DNA of 64,000 bases from an uncultured cyanobacterium (lineage in GTDB: Bacteria > Cyanobacteriota > Cyanobacteriia > Phormidesmidales > Phormidesmidaceae). The translations under genes were made by a program, and so were the position numbers. Below, piece by piece: positions 37,822 to 47,736 of the stretch. The DNA lies in assembly GCA_963793265.1 (NCBI GenBank), contig CAWBZI010000007.1, positions 32,001 through 96,000 on the forward strand. The letters run 5' to 3'. Below the pieces are notes generated by a model that was not told where the DNA came from, searched no databases, and was given only the letters and a program-made list of their open reading frames with translations. Each line of letters starts with the position of its first letter. Within the stretch, counting starts at the first letter, position 1.

Positions 37822-38394
37822 TCAAGGACAGTACAGCGTCTCTCGCGTCTCGCGTCCGGTCACCGGATTTACGCCGTCTGCCGTTTCGCACAGCATTCTA
37901 TTCACTCTCGGATCAAACAGCACATCGGTGAAGTCAGCGCCTTCGATATTGGCACCGCGAAAGTCAGCGCTGATTACGTACGCGCCTTCTAAAATAGCGT
38001 CTTTGAGATTGGCCTTAATCAGCGTTGCGCCGTCTAGCGTCGCGCCTGTGAGGTTAGCGCCTTCTAAATTAGCGCGGTCTAAATGGCTCGTGAACATCCT
38101 GACGCCCACTAAGTTCGTGCCGCTAAGATCCGATTCTGTTAGATCAGCGCGGGTGTAGTCGTTATCAGTCAGGTCTTGGCCGGAGAAGTCTTGCTGGCGA
38201 AGGTTTTTGCGGTCGTAGTTTTCAGCGTGAGCCGCGTCGGTGCTGATAGTAGCTGATCCGATGAGGAGGGCGATCGCTAGCACTAATGTCATCGTCAAAG
38301 GCAAAAGCCGCTTCAGGTTTATCGCCTGTCTGCTTAGCCTTGTGGTGGCAATCTTTAGACCCTTGAACACTGCTTTTATCAAAATAAACCTCAA
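37822..38394 (-). CDS. Exported/lumenal pentapeptide repeat protein
   Basis: Signal peptide (AHA), pentapeptide repeats, C-terminal LC..ADG.NP.TGR.TRETL.C; true start may lie downstream. Confidence 0.88.
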   Translation of the reverse strand: MRFILIKAVFKGLKIATTRLSRQAINLKRLLPLTMTLVLAIALLIGSATISTDAAHAENYDRKNLRQQDFSGQDLTDNDYTRADLTESDLSGTNLVGVRMFTSHLDRANLEGANLTGATLDGATLIKANLKDAILEGAYVISADFRGANIEGADFTDVLFDPRVNRMLCETADGVNPVTGRETRETLYCP

Positions 38395-38610
38395 CCGCTT
38401 TAAGCTCCAGACCTTAGATCTTACTGGAGATTTTACCGGAGATGAGGCGATCGCTCCTTAGTTCCGACTCAAATATTTGTACAGCGCGTTACGTCTTTTT
38501 TCAGCAACGGTTAAGAATCAACGGTCTGATCGACCTAACATAATTCTGTATATGTATTTCTACACAAGTGCTTCTATCGCCTCATCCACGCCCAGTTTCC
38601 CAGCAATTCT

Positions 38611-39470
38611 ATGGATATCTCTTTAAATCAATCTTCTTTAGCTAGCACGCTAACGGCCAGCGAACTTCAGCAGCTTGCCAAAGCAGGTACCCTTGCAGCT
38701 ATTAAGTCCGGTATGGTTTTGCTCTCAGAAGGTCAGGTGTGCGACGCTTTGTATCTGCTACTGCAAGGCACCCTCAACGTATTTAAAACAGAAAAGCTAG
38801 AAAATGGTACAACTGTTGGCACCGAACAGCTAGGGCATCTAGAGCCCGGCGCGATGGCAGGCGAGGTGGGTCTTTTGATGCAAATGACTTCGCCTGTCAC
38901 CTACCGAGCAGCGACCGACTGCCAGGTATTTATACTTTCGCGTACAGCCTACGAGCAATGGGCAGTCACAGCGCCTGAGCTAAGCCGAAAGCTAGCTAGC
39001 AGCATCGCCCGCGAGTTTGATCAAAAGCTGGCGGCGATTATGGCGCAAGTTACCAGCCTGCTGAGCGACCACGAGAGCCTGGTGCAAACGGTGGCGCGGC
39101 TAAAAGAAAAAGGCGGTGCCCGGAATCTATTGAGCTGCAAAATCAGCTGCACTCACAGGTTCAAGAATGCCAAATGAAATCGAACTCGCTGAAGCGCCGC
39201 ACGTATTCGATGGCTCAAGAGCGCAATAAAGCCCGTTCGGTAGTGCAAAATACACAGCTTTTGGTTGGCGTGTTAGGAAGTGCGGTGGCGCTGCTGCTAG
39301 TCGGCAATATTTTAGGGTGGGCGAAGGCACTTTCTGGGCCTGGGGGTAGTGCGATCGCCCACCCCACAGAAGTCCCTTACGTCACATCCAAACCACAGTG
39401 CGAGAGGCGCTCGGGTTCAGTTTGGGCAAATGGAAAGTGCCTCGACTTCGAGCACGATCCTTCTTTTTGA
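38611..39470 (+). pseudogene. cNMP-binding domain + coiled coil + TM protein split by a missing base near 39119-39121 (or a sequencing error)
   Basis: cNMP fold (LYLLLQG, PGAMAGEVGLL); adding one C in GCCCGG joins both ORFs via ESIELQNQLHSQVQECQMKSN into 286 aa. Confidence 0.7.
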
Positions 39471-39476
39471 ATGCCT

Positions 39477-41150
39477 CTAGAAGATAGACTTGCCCAGTTC
39501 CTTAATTCTGTTCATAATCGGCTGCTCAGCATTTAGCACCGTACGCGCACAGTTACGACCCGGCATTCCTGAAATTGCACCGCCGGGATGAGTGCCTGCG
39601 CCCGTGAGATAAAGGCCATCAATCGGGGTGGTGTAGTTGGCAATCTCGGGCAGTGGGCGGAAAAACACCATCTGATCGAGGGTCATATCTACGTGGTAGT
39701 AGTTGCCTTTGTAAGCGCCGAGGCGATCGCCCAGCTCAGCCGGACTCTCCACATTACGCGCAATAATCGACTGCTTAATATTCGGCGCATAGTCAGCAAA
39801 CTTATCCATCACCCGATCAGCCGCCTTGTTCTTCAGCTCATCCGTCCAACCCGTGCCAAACTGCCCGGTGCCTTCTGCGCCCGCAATCTGATACGGCGCA
39901 AAAAACTCAATCCAAAGCGTATGCTGCCCGTCCGGTGCCATACTCGGATCGCGCACTGTCGGCACCACTGCATAGAAAGAAGGATCGTCTAGCGGAATAT
40001 TGCCAACTGACGGCTCGGTGTGAGCAATCTCTACATGGCGAACAGAATCAGCAATTAGCACAGAGCCAACCAGATACTCATCACGATGGTTGTGATGCTC
40101 AAACCTTGGCGCTTCTGAAAGGGCACAGTCAATCCGCATAATCGTCTCATTGTTGTTCACAATCCGGCGATCCAACCGTTCCCTTAGCTCCGTGTCTGCC
40201 GCCGCCACCTCGCCCGGCTCTAGTAGCTGCAAAAACACCCGTTTCGCATCAATATTAGAAATCACGCCTTTGGTCGCCCGGTACTCATCAATACCACCAG
40301 GGCCAGCCGCTTCAACGCCGACCGCCTTCTTCCCATCGACCAAGATGCGCTTCACCGTTTGCTCGGTAAAAATCTTGCCACCTTTATCAGTCACCAGCTT
40401 CACCAGTGCGCCTACTAACGCACCCGTGCCGCCCCTCGGCCTTGCCATACCCGGATCGTGACGCATAGACATCATCATGCCGCCGACTGAAATTGTCTTT
40501 TGCGACGGCGGTGCGCCAAATTCTGAAGCTAGACGAGCCAAGGGCGCTCTGATAAATTCAGAATCGAAATACTCTTCTAGCAAGTCTTTGGGACTTGTCA
40601 GCATTGTGCGAATGAGGTCAAGAGATTTATGAGGCCCGCCTAAAATGCTCAGCAGGTTTTGAATACTCTTGATATCGTAGTTGCCCAAGATGTCAAAGAT
40701 TGCCTGGGGTGGTGCGTTAAATACCGGTTGAATCGCCTTCGTAAAACGCTGCCAGAAGTCAATGAACTCTCTGTATTTTTCAGCATCGCGTTTGTTGAAC
40801 TGCGCGATTTCTTCACAGGTTTTATCGAGCGAACGGTGCGACAAAAAGTATTTGCCGTCAGGGTGCGGGCAAAAGACAGTCGGATCGCAAAACAGATATT
40901 CCAGACCATATTTGTTTAGCTCCAGTTCTTCAACAACCGGCCCCAAGTGAATAAATTCGTGGTCAATCGCGCATCGATTAAACTGAAAGCCAGGCGCTTC
41001 TTCGGGCATAAGTTCTTCGGTTGTTGCCGCACCGCCTGGAATAGAGCGCTTTTCTAGTAGCGCTACGCTATAGCCTGCTTTCAATAAGTAAGATGCGCAC
41101 ACCAGTCCGTTATGACCAGCGCCAATAACAACAAAATCGTAGGTTTGCAT
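39477..41150 (-). CDS. crtO: Beta-carotene ketolase CrtO
   Basis: IGAGHNGL, PGF.FN.CAIDHEFI, LYLTGAGTHPGG.ISGMPGRNCA. Confidence 0.88.
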   Translation of the reverse strand: MQTYDFVVIGAGHNGLVCASYLLKAGYSVALLEKRSIPGGAATTEELMPEEAPGFQFNRCAIDHEFIHLGPVVEELELNKYGLEYLFCDPTVFCPHPDGKYFLSHRSLDKTCEEIAQFNKRDAEKYREFIDFWQRFTKAIQPVFNAPPQAIFDILGNYDIKSIQNLLSILGGPHKSLDLIRTMLTSPKDLLEEYFDSEFIRAPLARLASEFGAPPSQKTISVGGMMMSMRHDPGMARPRGGTGALVGALVKLVTDKGGKIFTEQTVKRILVDGKKAVGVEAAGPGGIDEYRATKGVISNIDAKRVFLQLLEPGEVAAADTELRERLDRRIVNNNETIMRIDCALSEAPRFEHHNHRDEYLVGSVLIADSVRHVEIAHTEPSVGNIPLDDPSFYAVVPTVRDPSMAPDGQHTLWIEFFAPYQIAGAEGTGQFGTGWTDELKNKAADRVMDKFADYAPNIKQSIIARNVESPAELGDRLGAYKGNYYHVDMTLDQMVFFRPLPEIANYTTPIDGLYLTGAGTHPGGAISGMPGRNCARTVLNAEQPIMNRIKELGKSIF

Positions 41151-41307
41151 AAAAAAGAGCTTCTCGAAGCGGGAGGGCAGTGCGGCATACGAACCGGCTC
41201 TTTTGTGATATCGAAGATTTTTAGTCGTCGGGTCTGTCGAAATACAGAGATGCTAGGCGTCTTAAGGCAGTAAGTGGGTAATAGAGCAATGGTCGATTAA
41301 GCAAGCT

Positions 41308-42345
41308 TCAGTTCAAAGTTTCGTCGAGATAGTGGTGATCTCGATGTCCGTTACTGTAACCGTTGCCGCTGTTGTAGCCGCTGCCGCTGCCATAGCCATT
41401 AGTAGACGTAGGGGTGTTACCAGAGCTGCCGCTGGTGAGCTGGCGCGGGCGACTAATCGGATGTGTAATATTGAACTGGTTAAAGTCAATCACGCGTCTG
41501 CCGTCGGCTTTGGTAAGTAAAACGTCAGCGAAGCGGTAGTCCCACTGGATGTCTTCGGCAGTGAAGGTATGGCGGGCGTGGATGGTTTGGGCCAGGGTTT
41601 CGTCGAGGCCAGTGAGGGTAACAATGATTTCGGCGCGATCGCGACTTAAAGTCGCCATCGTATCGCCATCTAGCAAACCACCCGGCAAAATTTGGTGCAT
41701 GGCCGTCCACGTAAGGCTAAATACTGGGGTATGCGATCGCACCAGTTGAATATCGTGAAAGCGCCGCATAAAATCGCCCTCAGTGCTGTATTCATCGCGC
41801 ACCAGCGTCACCCATAGCTGCGCTTCTAAAATATAGTTTTTACGCTTATTCGCCGTGCGAAACATCAGCGTCGGTACACCGTTAAAAGGCGCAATTACAG
41901 CCACATTGCTAAACAAAATGCGAGCCGTTGGCAAAGAGAACCGGGCAAATACCAGTCCGGTTGTCGTTGCAATAAAGAACAGTCCAACCAGCGACTCTAG
42001 CACCACTAGCCAGTGGGTGAACACGCTGTTGGGATACATCGCGCCGTAGCCAATCGAGGCCATCGTTTGGACGCTAAAAAAAAATAGCTCTTGAAACTCC
42101 TTTGGCCCTTCGCCATTTACCGTCGCAATGCCGTCGCCAAAGCTGTATAAAAAGGCAAATAGCGCGTTCACTAGCAAGTAGAGCACGCTGGTCAGGCTAA
42201 TAAACGACACCCACGGCATTGTTAGCAGCAGATGATAAATATCGCCCCAATATGAATGAGGATCGCCAATCCGCTCAATTTCTGGATAGGAGCTGTTCCC
42301 GACAAAGAACTTTTTAGACGCGCGCCGAAGCTGAGGCCGAAGCAT
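41308..42345 (-). CDS. Inward rectifier potassium channel (KirBac)
   Basis: FFFSVQTMASIGYG filter, FARFS.P.ARILFS, PTLMFR.AN.R. Confidence 0.92.
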   Translation of the reverse strand: MLRPQLRRASKKFFVGNSSYPEIERIGDPHSYWGDIYHLLLTMPWVSFISLTSVLYLLVNALFAFLYSFGDGIATVNGEGPKEFQELFFFSVQTMASIGYGAMYPNSVFTHWLVVLESLVGLFFIATTTGLVFARFSLPTARILFSNVAVIAPFNGVPTLMFRTANKRKNYILEAQLWVTLVRDEYSTEGDFMRRFHDIQLVRSHTPVFSLTWTAMHQILPGGLLDGDTMATLSRDRAEIIVTLTGLDETLAQTIHARHTFTAEDIQWDYRFADVLLTKADGRRVIDFNQFNITHPISRPRQLTSGSSGNTPTSTNGYGSGSGYNSGNGYSNGHRDHHYLDETLN

Positions 42346-42554
42346 GGTTTCTCCTAAAGAAGCGTAAGCCCAAGGGCAACCTACAAGATAACAACTACTG
42401 TCGATTTAGCGTATCAGCACTGCCTGTAGCCTAACTGCTCCGTACGAACGCTTGCTTTTGCGGCGTTACAAGGCCGTAATCGGCACGAGGGAGCATATTT
42501 TGATACGGCGATGGGTAATAATAGCCAAAAGTCGTTGGAGTTAATAAAGTCACT

Positions 42555-43403
42555 ATGAAGCAGCTTGCGGTTCGCAGTTTGGGTTGGGGCGTTGGGATGG
42601 TTGCGTTTTTTCAGCTCCCGATGCTCGCCAGCTATCAGGCACCAGGGCATCAGGCATCGAGCGTTCGTTTTGACGCTCAGCAGCCCCAGTTGATAGCCGT
42701 TGCGCTGAGCACGCGTGATTTGCGACCGGGCGATCGCGGCGCAGATGTTCGCGTTTTGCAGCGCTATCTCAGCCGCAACGGCCTCTATACCGGCAGCATT
42801 GACGGTGCCTACGGCGACGAAACAGTTGATGCGGTAGCCACCTATCAGCGCATCCGCAACCTACCGGCAACCGGCATCGCTGACGAAGAAACCCTCATAG
42901 ATATGGACTTCGACTTTTTGCCCGACGCTAGAGATACAACGGCACCCGTTTCCCAACCATCACGCAGAAACGCGCCTATCTCTAGAGGCGACCTAAGACT
43001 CGGTAGCACAGGTGAAGACGTTGCTAACCTTCAGCGCCGCCTTAACGACTACGGCATTCCTGTCGGCATTGACGGCGACTATGGATTTGAAACGCAGCAG
43101 GCCGTCCGCACCTATCAGCGCGTGCAGGGCTTGCCGGTAACCGGCAATGCCGATAGAGAAACGCTCAGAAGCATGGGGGTTTCAGCATCGTCAGTCAACG
43201 ACAGTCTGCCTTACGTGGCGGCTATCATTGCTGACGAGTCCCGACTAGCCGACGTGCAGCAGTTCTTTCCTGATGCCTATATCGATCGCGTTCGCAGAGG
43301 TCGGTTTATCAATATCGGTAACTTTGGCGATCGCTTCCCTGCCGAAGCTCGGGTGGACGCGGCTAAAGCACGAGGATTCAATACCCGCGTGCTCTATCGC
43401 TAA
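42555..43403 (+). CDS. Exported peptidoglycan-binding protein
   Basis: Two PG_binding_1 repeats (IDG.YG.ET..AV.TYQR) and a SPOR-like C-terminus. Confidence 0.85.
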   Translation: MKQLAVRSLGWGVGMVAFFQLPMLASYQAPGHQASSVRFDAQQPQLIAVALSTRDLRPGDRGADVRVLQRYLSRNGLYTGSIDGAYGDETVDAVATYQRIRNLPATGIADEETLIDMDFDFLPDARDTTAPVSQPSRRNAPISRGDLRLGSTGEDVANLQRRLNDYGIPVGIDGDYGFETQQAVRTYQRVQGLPVTGNADRETLRSMGVSASSVNDSLPYVAAIIADESRLADVQQFFPDAYIDRVRRGRFINIGNFGDRFPAEARVDAAKARGFNTRVLYR

Positions 43404-43410
43404 CTCGCTA

Positions 43411-46020
43411 CTATGCGGCGTTGTTCCAGATCGCATCGACATCCATCACCAGCGATCGCCCGAGCCTGACCCAAAGGCTCCAACGAGGCGCTAACCGCAT
43501 ATCCTCAGTACGCTCCTCACTTAGTCGGGCCTCCATCAAGTAGCCGTAGTAAAGCTCTTGAGCCCGATAGAGCGCTGAGGAAATCGACAGCTTACGCCCT
43601 AAAGAAATCAGCCGTTCTAAGCCTTCAATTGCAGCTTCTAACTCACGATAGTCATTTGATGCAGCACCCTGAAGCGTCTGCGAAAGGCCCTGCAAAATTA
43701 GCCGCTCTAAAACCGGCTTAGCGCCCGGCAGCTTCAGCTCGCTGCGGAAGTGATGGGCCTCTACCGCAATTCCCTCTAGCTCAGCAATCCGACCCACCGT
43801 AATTTTGAGCAGGTTGCCTTCGGGTTCGGTAATGTCCTGCTCTAGCGCTTTGATCACGTCTAAGGCGCGATGGCTGAGGGTAATATCAGCGGCGACCTGT
43901 AGGGCTTGAGGAACAGCGAGGCGATCGCGGTGAAACGCCATCAGCACACCATAGTTCTCTCGATACACCTGCTCGTAAAGCTGATCGAGCCGTTGCAGCG
44001 TCTCCTGGTTGAGCTGCTGCATAATCTGCTGACGTTCTTCTGCAAACAGATCTTGCAGCGTGTAGGTAGGGCTAAAGTAGCGCGAGATAGAGAGTACGCT
44101 TTGAGCAATGCTGTTGCTGGTAAAAGCAGAGATCACCGCAGACTTGGCTTTGCTGTAGGCCGAATGACTAGGGAACGCCTGCACTCCACAGTGAAAGTCC
44201 CAGCCGCCTAAATGCAGCACCGCAAACGCCAGGGTTGTCGTCTCTTGCGTCATCGCAGCGGTAATTTTGACCTGTCCAATCGCTAGCGTCAGTGCGCCTA
44301 AAGGCTGCTGGTAGTAGTCTTTACGGTCTAGCGTGTAGCAATAGAGCTGATGCTGGGGCCGGTAATTATTAAACAGCGAGGCCATCGCATAGTGAGCCAC
44401 CACCTGCTCTATGCTGACCCGGTTAGGCTGCACCTGCTTGAGATATACGCCTGCGCCGTCTTTGAAGTAGTCCACATTGCTCGGTGCGCTCTCTAGTCGC
44501 CCGATGAACTCGGCTTCTAAGCTATTGCCAGAGATCACCTCAGCTAGCTCAATGGCTCGCGCTGCATATTGCAAAAGCTGAGTGCCCTCGGGTCTAGAAA
44601 TTTCGTCAAAGAACCAGCCGCAGCTTGTGTACATCAGCAGGGCGTGACGCTGCATTTCTAGCAGGCGTAGGGCTACTGTGCGCTCGGCGCTGTCGAGTGG
44701 GTGGGTTTGGTGCTGCTCAAAGAAGGCGTCTAGGGTTTGTTGGGTGCGATCGCTCACCACCATTACATAGTCATTTCTTGCCGCCCAGGGATCGCGCAGC
44801 AGCCGTTCGCCGTACTTTTCATAGAGGGAAGAGAGGCGATCGCGTAGCCAGTCCAAAGACTCTCGCAAAGGCGCGCGCCACTGCTGCTGCCAGCCACCGC
44901 CACCGCCGCAGCCGCAGTCGGCCTTCCAACGGTCTACCCCGTGCGAACAGCTCCATGCAGTAACCGGCTTTAGCTGCACCTCCCACGTCGGCTGACAAAT
45001 ACTGAGATAGTGCGCGTAGCTCGTCACCTGCCAGCCTCGCGCTGGAAACTCGTCTGTGAGCGCGTAGGCCAGCGCCTTTTCCGCCCCGGCTCTATGGTGA
45101 CCAAAGGTTTCACCGTCCGTCGCCACAGAAATAATCTGCGCCTGACTGGGCTCATTGCCCTGAAAATCTAGCTGATCGTCCCAGGGCCGTACGGCCTGAC
45201 CGATGCGATCGGCAAAGTACTGCGAGGAGCGCAAAATGTCGTCAAAGCCCATATCACCAGAGATCGGGCCGTCATAAAAGAAAATATCTAGATAGTTACG
45301 GCCATTGGCCTGCGTCGGTACAAAGCAGCGATAGGGTCGTGTGGGATCGATATTGGCGCTGCCCACATCCTGCCACTGATCGAAGCCGTCACTGCGGCCA
45401 AACTGACGACAGCGCCCGGCCTGCGTAGGAGCCAGCACAATAAACTTGATGCCCTCATTCACCAGCACCTCTAAAGAGGCATTATCAACCGCAGTTTCAG
45501 CTAGCCACATGCCTTCTGGGTCGCGGCCAAAGCGGCGCTGAAAGTCAGCAATGCCCCAGCGAACCTGCGTGACCTTATCGCGCTCGTTAGCCAGCGGTAA
45601 AATGATGTGATTGTAGGCTTGCGCGATCGCGTTTCCATGCCCCTGATTGCGCTGACAGCTCGCTCTATCAGCAGCTAAAATTCGCTGGTACGTCTCTAAA
45701 TCATGACGCTCTAGCCAGCTCATGAGCGTAGGGCCAATATTGAAGCTGATATGCTCGTAGCTATTAACGATACGAACCACCTCACCCTGCTCATTCAGCA
45801 CGCGAGCGAAGGCGTTAGGCCGATAGGACTCATGTAAAATCCGCTCGTTCCAGTCGTGAAAAGGGGCCGCGCTAGGCTGACGACCCACCACATCCAGGGA
45901 AGGGTTTTCGCGCGGTGGCTGATAAAAATGCCCATGAACGCAAACGTACACACCCGCCGCAACCGACTGATTCGGTTCGTTCACAGTCTCTACAGGAGAG
46001 ATTAATGAAGGCATAGCCAT
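43411..46020 (-). CDS. GH57 family / DUF3536 glycoside hydrolase
   Basis: HGHFYQPPRENP, GMWLAETAVD, ATDGETFGHH, MYTSCGWFFDE. Confidence 0.9.
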   Translation of the reverse strand: MAMPSLISPVETVNEPNQSVAAGVYVCVHGHFYQPPRENPSLDVVGRQPSAAPFHDWNERILHESYRPNAFARVLNEQGEVVRIVNSYEHISFNIGPTLMSWLERHDLETYQRILAADRASCQRNQGHGNAIAQAYNHIILPLANERDKVTQVRWGIADFQRRFGRDPEGMWLAETAVDNASLEVLVNEGIKFIVLAPTQAGRCRQFGRSDGFDQWQDVGSANIDPTRPYRCFVPTQANGRNYLDIFFYDGPISGDMGFDDILRSSQYFADRIGQAVRPWDDQLDFQGNEPSQAQIISVATDGETFGHHRAGAEKALAYALTDEFPARGWQVTSYAHYLSICQPTWEVQLKPVTAWSCSHGVDRWKADCGCGGGGGWQQQWRAPLRESLDWLRDRLSSLYEKYGERLLRDPWAARNDYVMVVSDRTQQTLDAFFEQHQTHPLDSAERTVALRLLEMQRHALLMYTSCGWFFDEISRPEGTQLLQYAARAIELAEVISGNSLEAEFIGRLESAPSNVDYFKDGAGVYLKQVQPNRVSIEQVVAHYAMASLFNNYRPQHQLYCYTLDRKDYYQQPLGALTLAIGQVKITAAMTQETTTLAFAVLHLGGWDFHCGVQAFPSHSAYSKAKSAVISAFTSNSIAQSVLSISRYFSPTYTLQDLFAEERQQIMQQLNQETLQRLDQLYEQVYRENYGVLMAFHRDRLAVPQALQVAADITLSHRALDVIKALEQDITEPEGNLLKITVGRIAELEGIAVEAHHFRSELKLPGAKPVLERLILQGLSQTLQGAASNDYRELEAAIEGLERLISLGRKLSISSALYRAQELYYGYLMEARLSEERTEDMRLAPRWSLWVRLGRSLVMDVDAIWNNAA

Positions 46021-46301
46021 AGAATTTTTATGAGGTGTAAGGAGGAGGGGCGATCGCCAGTGAGAAAAACCCGTTGGCAGAGTTTAGGTGCTCGATCACA
46101 AAGGACTATAAAGATAGCGCTAGTGTAGCGACATCTCTCTAAGAAAAGATATTCAGATTGCAAAAAATACGGCTACTTGTACTAGGTACCCGTATTCCAC
46201 CCTTGCCATTTGCAGATTTTCAGCGATCCCCTACTTCACCTTAAGAATCTGACAGCGAGAATGATCAATCCTTTCCTCAGCCCACTTCCTTGTGTTTTCG
46301 T

Positions 46302-46790
46302 ATGCGATCGCAGCCACCCTCCAAAAACGACTCATCCAAGCCTCAAATCACGACCGTCAGCGGTACGGTCGTCTCAGGGCACCAAGTCGCCTCCGGGCAA
46401 TCATCGCAAAGCCCTTACCCCAAAGGCACCATCGAAATGCAAACGCCGCATTTCCTGGCCCTCGGCGTCGATCTCACCCCTTTCTACCCCGGCACACTCA
46501 ACGTTTCCATTGCGCCACATCGCTTTGAACTCATCCCCAAAGTCACGCTGCCTCACGTGAAATGGTCTGCTAACCACGACGCTGAAAGCTTTTCGTTTGT
46601 GCCGATTAGTCTCACCTGGCAGCAGCAGACCCATTCTGGCCTCATCTACTACCCACGCCCCGAAACCAAAATCAATCACTTCCAAGACCCTTCGGTACTA
46701 GAGCTGCTGCTGCCTTTTGTAACAGGAATGACTTACAGCCAGCAGGTTACGCTCTCTGCTTCGGCCAGCGAACTTATAATAAAGCCGTAA
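46302..46790 (+). CDS. Conserved hypothetical protein with a CTP-dependent riboflavin kinase-like motif
   Basis: GTVVSG..VASG and FYPGTLNVSI. Confidence 0.6.
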   Translation: MRSQPPSKNDSSKPQITTVSGTVVSGHQVASGQSSQSPYPKGTIEMQTPHFLALGVDLTPFYPGTLNVSIAPHRFELIPKVTLPHVKWSANHDAESFSFVPISLTWQQQTHSGLIYYPRPETKINHFQDPSVLELLLPFVTGMTYSQQVTLSASASELIIKP

Positions 46791-46816
46791 GCCCTTCCGT
46801 CCCACACTTTTCTCCT

Positions 46817-47497
46817 ATGACGCAGCCTGACATCAACTTTCTCTCTCAGCAGCTCGAAACAGGCGATCTTAAAGATCGCAAGCTGGCACTGGCTGCGCTG
46901 CGTGAAGTCCCGGCTGAGCAGGCAGTGCCGTTAATTAAGAAGGTGTTGACGGATAAAAACGATCAGGTGCGCTCGATGGCGATTTTTGCGCTGGGCGTAA
47001 AGCAAACCGATGAGTGCTACGACCTACTGTTGAATATTTTAGAAAACGATCCTGACTACGGCATTCGCGCAGATGCCGCCGGAGCGTTGGGATATTTAGA
47101 AGATCCCCGCGCGTTCGATCCGTTAGTAAAAGCGTTTTACGAGGACGTTGACTGGCTGGTACGGTTTAGTGCGGCGGTTTCTTTAGGCAACCTCAAAAAC
47201 CCAGCGGCCCACGATGCATTAATTTCGGCCTTAGATAGTAAGGAAGTTGTGATTCAGCAGGCCGCGATCGCAGCGCTAGGCGAAATCAAAGACCTTTCTG
47301 CCATCGACAACATTCTCAACTTTGCCCAATCCGACGACTGGCTCGTTCGCCAGCGTTTGGCCGAAGCCCTCGGCAATCTACCCAGCGACAAAAGCCTTTC
47401 TGCCCTGCGCTACCTCGCTAAAGACGAGCACTCGCAAGTCTCCGAAGCAGCGCAAATTTCGATCAAACGTTTAGAAGCGTTAGATTCAGCAGAGTAA
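46817..47497 (+). CDS. nblB: HEAT-repeat phycobilisome degradation protein, NblB-like
   Basis: DPDYGIRADAAGALGYLED, DWLVRFSAAVSLG, DWLVRQRLAEALG. Confidence 0.8.
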   Translation: MTQPDINFLSQQLETGDLKDRKLALAALREVPAEQAVPLIKKVLTDKNDQVRSMAIFALGVKQTDECYDLLLNILENDPDYGIRADAAGALGYLEDPRAFDPLVKAFYEDVDWLVRFSAAVSLGNLKNPAAHDALISALDSKEVVIQQAAIAALGEIKDLSAIDNILNFAQSDDWLVRQRLAEALGNLPSDKSLSALRYLAKDEHSQVSEAAQISIKRLEALDSAE

Positions 47498-47559
47498 GAG
47501 ATTATAGCTTGACATAAAGGGAAACTTAGGCATAGGTAAAACAATTTCTTCGCATACCC

Positions 47560-47727
47560 ATGTCCAAATCCAGTTCTTCTTTATCAGCTAAAGCGCTTTC
47601 TTCTATTAGATGGCCTTGGTTTGTAACTGGGTGCATCAGCTTAATCATCGGCAGTCTTTATCTTGGCGCAATAGACTCAACCACTGCGCCACCTGAGGTT
47701 AAGTATTCTTCAACCTCACAAAAGTAA
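47560..47727 (+). CDS. Putative 55-aa single-TM small protein (below the ORF-track cutoff)
   Basis: MSKSSSSLSAKALSSIRWPWFVTGCISLIIGSLYLGAIDSTTAPPEVKYSSTSQK fills the intergenic gap. Confidence 0.45.
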   Translation: MSKSSSSLSAKALSSIRWPWFVTGCISLIIGSLYLGAIDSTTAPPEVKYSSTSQK

Positions 47728-47736
47728 TGCTTACAG

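Noticed and set aside
38547..38564. TGTA-n10-TACA as an NtcA site
   Set aside because: Spacer is 10 nt, whereas NtcA requires GTA-n8-TAC
41308..42345. SIGYG selectivity filter as a novel ion specificity
   Set aside because: A conservative Thr-to-Ser change with the GYG motif intact
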